Shown here piece after piece: positions 59,688 to 64,000 of a DNA stretch of 64,000 nt. Origin of the DNA: an uncultured virus (IMG/VR IMGVR_UViG_3300043436_000583) (taxonomy: Duplodnaviria > Heunggongvirae > Uroviricota > Caudoviricetes); the IMG/VR virus record IMGVR_UViG_3300043436_000583, positions 1-64,000 of that record; one strand, given 5' to 3'. Made by a program: the position numbers and the translations under genes. The notes under the pieces are model-generated. The model searched no databases. It had not been told where the DNA came from and saw nothing but the letters and a program-made list of their open reading frames with translations. Numbering within the stretch: position 1 is the stretch's first letter; each line of letters opens with the position of its first letter.

Positions 59688-60030
59688 AGATAGTTTTTGT
59701 TTTTAACAAATTGATCAGAGCTTCTGTTTTTTCTAGTGTCACTTGAGACGAACGTCTCTTTTGTTCAGATGTCGTTTCATCTGATATTATCTTTTCCATT
59801 GCCTGCTTCTTAGCATTCAATTGTCCAAGTCGTTTTGTAGCCTTCTTTTCATTGAAATAGAACTTACCAAAGCCAGATATCTCTAGGCTATTGTTAAGAT
59901 CCATCGCTTCGTTTGCAGACTGAAACTGGTGGTTTATTACAGTCTCAATTGTCTTCTCACTTGTCAACATCTTCACTGCCAGAGTTCTAATTAGGTAGTC
60001 TTTGACAGACATGCTTATAGGCTTATCCAT
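59644..60030 (-). CDS. HU/IHF-like DNA-binding protein
   Basis: NSLEISGFGKFYF matches the HU/IHF signature. Confidence 0.75.
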   Translation of the reverse strand: MDKPISMSVKDYLIRTLAVKMLTSEKTIETVINHQFQSANEAMDLNNSLEISGFGKFYFNEKKATKRLGQLNAKKQAMEKIISDETTSEQKRRSSQVTLEKTEALINLLKTKTIYEDQLLSDLRGVEE

Positions 60031-60382
60031 GTATTAGACTTATTTGCAATATGATGTCCTTCTCGAAGTTCAGCAGAATAAGAGGATTGACCTTCACCTT
60101 TGTCCCATCCTTTACAAACACCCCCATCTTCTTCAGCTTACTAATGATGTTATTAATAGCAGCAGATGTGCTGTCATATGTCTGGCAAAACTCCTGTCTA
60201 ATATTAGCATAGGAGATGTTACCCTTTATAGCAGCAAACGCAATTAATTGCACTTCCCTATTGGTCAGCTTAAGGTCATTGATGGCTGACAATATTCTAT
60301 AATACTTCTCAGCCAAGGCAATATCATCCTTCACTGATTTTTTCAGTCGCTGTACAATGGGAGATTTTGGTTTGGTTTCCAT
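60023..60382 (-). CDS. Winged-helix (RepL/MarR-like) DNA-binding protein
   Basis: LTNREVQLI...STSAAINNIISKLKKMGVF...VKVNP. Confidence 0.7.
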   Translation of the reverse strand: METKPKSPIVQRLKKSVKDDIALAEKYYRILSAINDLKLTNREVQLIAFAAIKGNISYANIRQEFCQTYDSTSAAINNIISKLKKMGVFVKDGTKVKVNPLILLNFEKDIILQISLIHG

Positions 60383-60394
60383 AATTAGTTAACA

Positions 60395-60425
60395 CAAAGG
60401 TATGTATATTCCATTGATTGTCAAA
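60395..60425 (-). promoter_or_regulatory. Bacteroidota-type promoter at the head of the packaging operon
   Basis: Perfect TTTG, 19 nt, TACCTTTG. Confidence 0.75.
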
Positions 60426-60460
60426 TAACTATTTTAGTTATTATAAAAGTTAATGCTATA

Positions 60461-60706
60461 TTATGCACCAAATCTCCTGAACAGGAAAATAACACTGAAT
60501 ATAAGCAAGCCTATTCTAAGCTCTTGCTCTAGTCCACCATCGTCTGTAACGTAGTTTCTATTAGATATTCCTAGTTCAAAACTATTGTAATCCTTAGGGA
60601 GAAACTCTATACCAAATTCCCATTCTTCAAAATTGGCAAACCCCCATATCACTACAGCTATCATAAGGACAGCCACTATTGTTAACAACACATTTAATAC
60701 TACCAT
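60461..60706 (-). CDS. Small membrane protein
   Basis: Hydrophobic N- and C-terminal segments. Confidence 0.6.
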   Translation of the reverse strand: MVVLNVLLTIVAVLMIAVVIWGFANFEEWEFGIEFLPKDYNSFELGISNRNYVTDDGGLEQELRIGLLIFSVIFLFRRFGA

Positions 60707-60762
60707 ATATCTAAGCTTTGTTTAATGAGGAGGTATTAGCAGGGCCCCCCCTAAATCCCCCC

Positions 60763-60795
60763 CAAAGATACTGCTAAATAAATTTACCAGCCAAA
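60763..60795 (-). promoter_or_regulatory. Bacteroidota-type promoter
   Basis: Perfect TTTG, 21 nt, TATCTTTG. Confidence 0.7.
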
Positions 60796-61119
60796 TTTAT
60801 TTTTAATGGGTTATAAAAAGGACAACCTATAAGTTGACATGTCCCTTATAAGACACATTAAGTAAAGCTATAGCTTGACTAAACATCCCCCACAGTCAAG
60901 CTATCCCTTGACAATCCCCCTGCATGAAACTTTGGAAAAATTCATGCAAACGTTCCATATGGAACTATCCCCTGCTTAGGCAACAAAATTTTCTATGGCC
61001 CCCACCCCCCTTTGTATGTATGGGAGGGTAGCCTTCTCCATATCACAACCCCCCCTACAAATTGGGGGATCGACACATCCCCCCATCATTAATCATTTCA
61101 CAATTTAAAACGAAAACAG

Positions 61120-61533
61120 ATGCAAAAAAACATCTCAATGACAGACATTACCTCAGGTACTTGGTCTGCAGCAGGCAACTTCACAGGTAAGGACATTACA
61201 GGTGAGCGAATCTTTATTGGCAAAGACCTAATGGCATCATTAGGCTACAGTGCAGGTGACGTAGCTTCAGGCTTCTCTTGTGCTTACAGAACTAATTTGA
61301 TTGGCCAACTTGATGAGAAAGGCAATCCAAAGGTTGACACAACTACAGGCGAACCTATTAAGGTGGCTCGTGTTGAAGCAACTGCATTGTTTGAATCAAC
61401 AGATGCAATGCACGAAGCGTTTGCGTCTCGTGAGAGTCATTCATTCAAAGTACAAGCAAAGGTACAAGCTTCAGCTAAGTCTGCAGGCTTAACAGAATCT
61501 GCAATCAACAACTTGTTGAGCGTAGCATTCTAA
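61120..61533 (+). CDS. First gene of the plus-strand (probably early) module; hypothetical protein
   Basis: A-rich leader (AATTTAAAACGAAAACAG), clean ORF, strong terminator after it. Confidence 0.75.
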   Translation: MQKNISMTDITSGTWSAAGNFTGKDITGERIFIGKDLMASLGYSAGDVASGFSCAYRTNLIGQLDEKGNPKVDTTTGEPIKVARVEATALFESTDAMHEAFASRESHSFKVQAKVQASAKSAGLTESAINNLLSVAF

Positions 61534-61535
61534 AC

Positions 61536-61580
61536 TAATAGAGAGTAGTGTTCCTTAATTGGGACATTACTCTCTTATTA
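61536..61580 (+). terminator. Terminator hairpin
   Basis: GAGAGTAGTGTTCC-TTAATT-GGGACATTACTCTC followed by TTATTA. Confidence 0.75.
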
Positions 61581-61765
61581 TATATAAGGGTGGGTGTGAT
61601 GAACACATTTGGGTGGGTTTATTGCTAATTAACCTATTGATTCTCAACATTTTATCTATGAGAATGAGAATAGGTGTGTGCTCTATTCCCACATATTGGC
61701 ACATTTTGACACATCATTAATAACAGCTATACAATACAATATATATAGCATTAACTAACATTTAT

Positions 61766-61948
61766 ATGACAATTACAATAAGAGATATATCTAATGGTTT
61801 AAATATTATTACATTAGATCTTAAACATATTCCTAGTAGGGAAGATGATATAATTATAGATAAGATATGGTATAAGGTTGATGGAATCATTTGGAACTTT
61901 GATAATAATGATTATACACTCTACGTTGTACCTAGTAAAACTATATAA
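61766..61948 (+). CDS. Small hypothetical protein
   Basis: 60-aa ORF, protein-like (IPSREDDIIIDKIWYKV). Confidence 0.6.
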   Translation: MTITIRDISNGLNIITLDLKHIPSREDDIIIDKIWYKVDGIIWNFDNNDYTLYVVPSKTI

Positions 61949-62206
61949 TGTACCATTTCTATTTCCCAAGGATAGACAGATGTAATACAATTTATGCAAT
62001 ACAGTATGTTAAACTCGATATGATACTCACTAATCATAAAGGTTTATAACAATTAACAGAGACATTGCAATAGAGAAAGGTTGTTCCTTTCAGCATTACA
62101 TCTGAGTACAGAGGGATATATATATCTTTGTCATTAGCCTTTAGCGTACCAAAGGTGATATATATTATATAACACATTATTAATCAATCATTTAACACAT
62201 TAACAC

Positions 62207-62425
62207 ATGAAACTAATCAAACACGTCATTAACATTATGTTCCTATGGAGCATACCTCACATTCTTTTAGCATTTGTTTTGCTAATTACAGGTCTTATAT
62301 ATAACTATCATGAAGCTGTTACATCAGAGATATGGATAGTTGTTATGTTCTTCTATTTCATTATTACAGCTATTATGTATGCTGTAAGCTCAGGAGAAGA
62401 AGACGAAATGAAAATACTCAAATAA
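62207..62425 (+). CDS. Small two-transmembrane-helix protein
   Basis: Two hydrophobic segments; A/C-rich leader. Confidence 0.7.
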   Translation: MKLIKHVINIMFLWSIPHILLAFVLLITGLIYNYHEAVTSEIWIVVMFFYFIITAIMYAVSSGEEDEMKILK

Positions 62426-62509
62426 ACATCACATTATCAATTAGTTATTACACAACACAACTACAGCTATAAAAAACATTGGCTAGTTGGTAATATGTGT
62501 GTTAGATTT

Positions 62510-62542
62510 AGGACTCTGCTTCCCCTAGCAGGGTCCTTTTTT
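62510..62542 (+). terminator. Rho-independent terminator
   Basis: AGGACTCTGCT-TCCCCT-AGCAGGGTCCT plus T-run. Confidence 0.85.
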
Positions 62543-62565
62543 ACTAATCATCAAAAACAAACAAT

Positions 62566-63162
62566 ATGCTTATATTAGCAAAACTTGTATTTAAATCATA
62601 TATGCCCAAGCAATTGGAGATAGGTATGTGGTTTAAGAAAGATCACAGTGATGTGGTCTATGGTAAGATATATAACTATATCACCATATATGAACTAAAA
62701 GAGTTGCCACGTAATATGGAGGAATACATATCCATTAATGGTGCACCTGTTGAGCCTTATATTATACAGCCAATGACTAATCCAGATGATCCAGAAGAAA
62801 TACTGGTGATATCTGATTTTGTAGGTTGGTGGGAGTCTGATGAAGGCTGGGAGGATGATGATGGTAATTGGATAGAGAATATACAGCTAGAAGACCTATC
62901 GCCTAAGATTATCAATGAATGGATATATGGTGAGAATGGAGACAATGATGGTCTCATAGCTCTTGAAGTCAATGATGACAGAGAAGCCATTACATATCTT
63001 GATGATGAAGGCAATGATACAGGCAAGGTTATCATCAAACAATCTGATTATGTAAATGAAGATGATGACTATGATACAATAGAAGAAGAGTATCTTGAGG
63101 ATGAAGAAGATTGGGATGATATGGATGATGAGCCTGAATTTGAATTAGGTGGATCTGAATAA
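62566..63162 (+). CDS. Highly acidic hypothetical protein
   Basis: 198 aa with Asp/Glu-rich C-terminal half. Confidence 0.75.
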   Translation: MLILAKLVFKSYMPKQLEIGMWFKKDHSDVVYGKIYNYITIYELKELPRNMEEYISINGAPVEPYIIQPMTNPDDPEEILVISDFVGWWESDEGWEDDDGNWIENIQLEDLSPKIINEWIYGENGDNDGLIALEVNDDREAITYLDDEGNDTGKVIIKQSDYVNEDDDYDTIEEEYLEDEEDWDDMDDEPEFELGGSE

Positions 63163-63185
63163 AATAACAATTTAAAAACAAAACT

Positions 63186-63362
63186 ATGGCTATTTCAACA
63201 TGCTGTGGAGCACACACCACAATGCCAGAATATGACATTTGTCCTGATTGCAGAGAACATTGTGATTGGGAAGATGATGAACTTGAAGAAGATAGAACAT
63301 TATCTCATTTACAATATAATCTAAATAGAGATAAAATGGCTGAAAATGAAAAACATGAATAA
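63186..63362 (+). CDS. Unannotated 58-aa zinc-ribbon-like protein (MAISTCCGA...CPDCREHC...)
   Basis: Manual translation; A-rich leader; CC...CxxCxxHC pattern. Confidence 0.75.
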   Translation: MAISTCCGAHTTMPEYDICPDCREHCDWEDDELEEDRTLSHLQYNLNRDKMAENEKHE

Positions 63363-63381
63363 CTCATTAAAAACCAAAGAG

Positions 63382-63537
63382 ATGAAGAAGCTATATGAAA
63401 TTTTATTTGAAGGCAAAAAGCCTGAAGAACAGCCATTAAAGCTTGAGATAAAGCTTAAATCTACTGCTACACCACAAGAGCAGCTAGAAATAAATGAATG
63501 GTATAGACATATTAATAACTCATTACAAAGAAATTAG
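63382..63537 (+). CDS. Small hypothetical protein (start at MKKLYE)
   Basis: Internal ATG of the called ORF avoids overlap and has an A-rich leader. Confidence 0.55.
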   Translation: MKKLYEILFEGKKPEEQPLKLEIKLKSTATPQEQLEINEWYRHINNSLQRN

Positions 63538-63567
63538 GTTAGATGTGTGTGTGGTTAGTAAGTAAAC

Positions 63568-63596
63568 AAAGCCCTGCAGAAATGTGGGGCTTTTTT
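63568..63596 (+). terminator. Rho-independent terminator
   Basis: AAAGCCCTGCA-GAAA-TGTGGGGCTTT plus TTT. Confidence 0.85.
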
Positions 63597-63662
63597 ATGA
63601 ACTCATAAGAATCAATACCACAAAGCATTACAGAAGAAAGTCCTAACATAATAGAAGAGAAT

Positions 63663-63992
63663 ATGATAATTAAAGGAAATAGAAAACGTACAAGGTTGAC
63701 GAATGGTAAGGAACCACTCAGAGATACTGATTTGAGTGTTGACACTGGTTATATGAGTTACCAAACTGTACCTTTACCCCTAAAGAAGGATAAGAAATTT
63801 ACTCAAGCATGGGATTATCTACCTAAAGATGATATACCAAAGCAAATATTAAGACAAAAAGGTCTTGCAAAGACTAATAAGCAGAAGTTAAAACATATTA
63901 AATCACATCAAAAACAAAAACATGAAAAGCAAAGGTCAAACCAACTATTCCAGCAAGGAATTAAAATCAATCAAACAAATGGTAGCTACTAA
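63663..63992 (+). CDS. Hypothetical basic protein
   Basis: ORF track only; 3' part overlaps the next likely gene. Confidence 0.4.
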   Translation: MIIKGNRKRTRLTNGKEPLRDTDLSVDTGYMSYQTVPLPLKKDKKFTQAWDYLPKDDIPKQILRQKGLAKTNKQKLKHIKSHQKQKHEKQRSNQLFQQGIKINQTNGSY

Positions 63993-64000
63993 CAAAAATA
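63922..64000 (+). CDS. 5' part of a hypothetical protein (MKSKGQTNYSSKELKSIKQM...)
   Basis: ATG after AAAACAAAAAC leader; open to the window end. Confidence 0.55.
   Translation, partial: MKSKGQTNYSSKELKSIKQMVATNKN

Overview
This AT-rich window is part of a crAss-like (Crassvirales-type) phage genome, almost certainly with a Bacteroidota host. Bases 1-60.7 kb form a minus-strand morphogenesis module. Its order is: HTH and HU/IHF-like genes, terminase large subunit, portal, an inserted SPFH gene, scaffold-like protein, major capsid protein, ring/auxiliary capsid/hub genes, Cys- and Ser/Gly/Thr-rich fibre genes, a metallophosphoesterase, ring proteins, a split muzzle (tail stabilisation) gene, cargo/ejection proteins, a 3666-aa virion RNA polymerase polyprotein (GSDFDIDK), a 1668-aa PD-(D/E)XK-containing virion protein, and more fibres. 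A palindrome-rich non-coding switch region (about 60.7-61.1 kb) follows, then small plus-strand, probably early genes. Six Bacteroidota-type TTG/TAnnTTT(G/A) promoters precede the structural operons, several with a TAAC-N7-GTTA palindrome upstream. The most interesting signals are: an ADP-ribosyltransferase-like cassette in a probable cargo protein, a recurrent xxxG(G/S/T) tag in the cargo proteins, modular fibres built on proline-free Gly-Ser/Thr repeats, the split and decorated muzzle gene, the operator palindromes, and a structured RNA downstream of the capsid gene. All calls rest on motif recognition and synteny by eye; no database searches were run.
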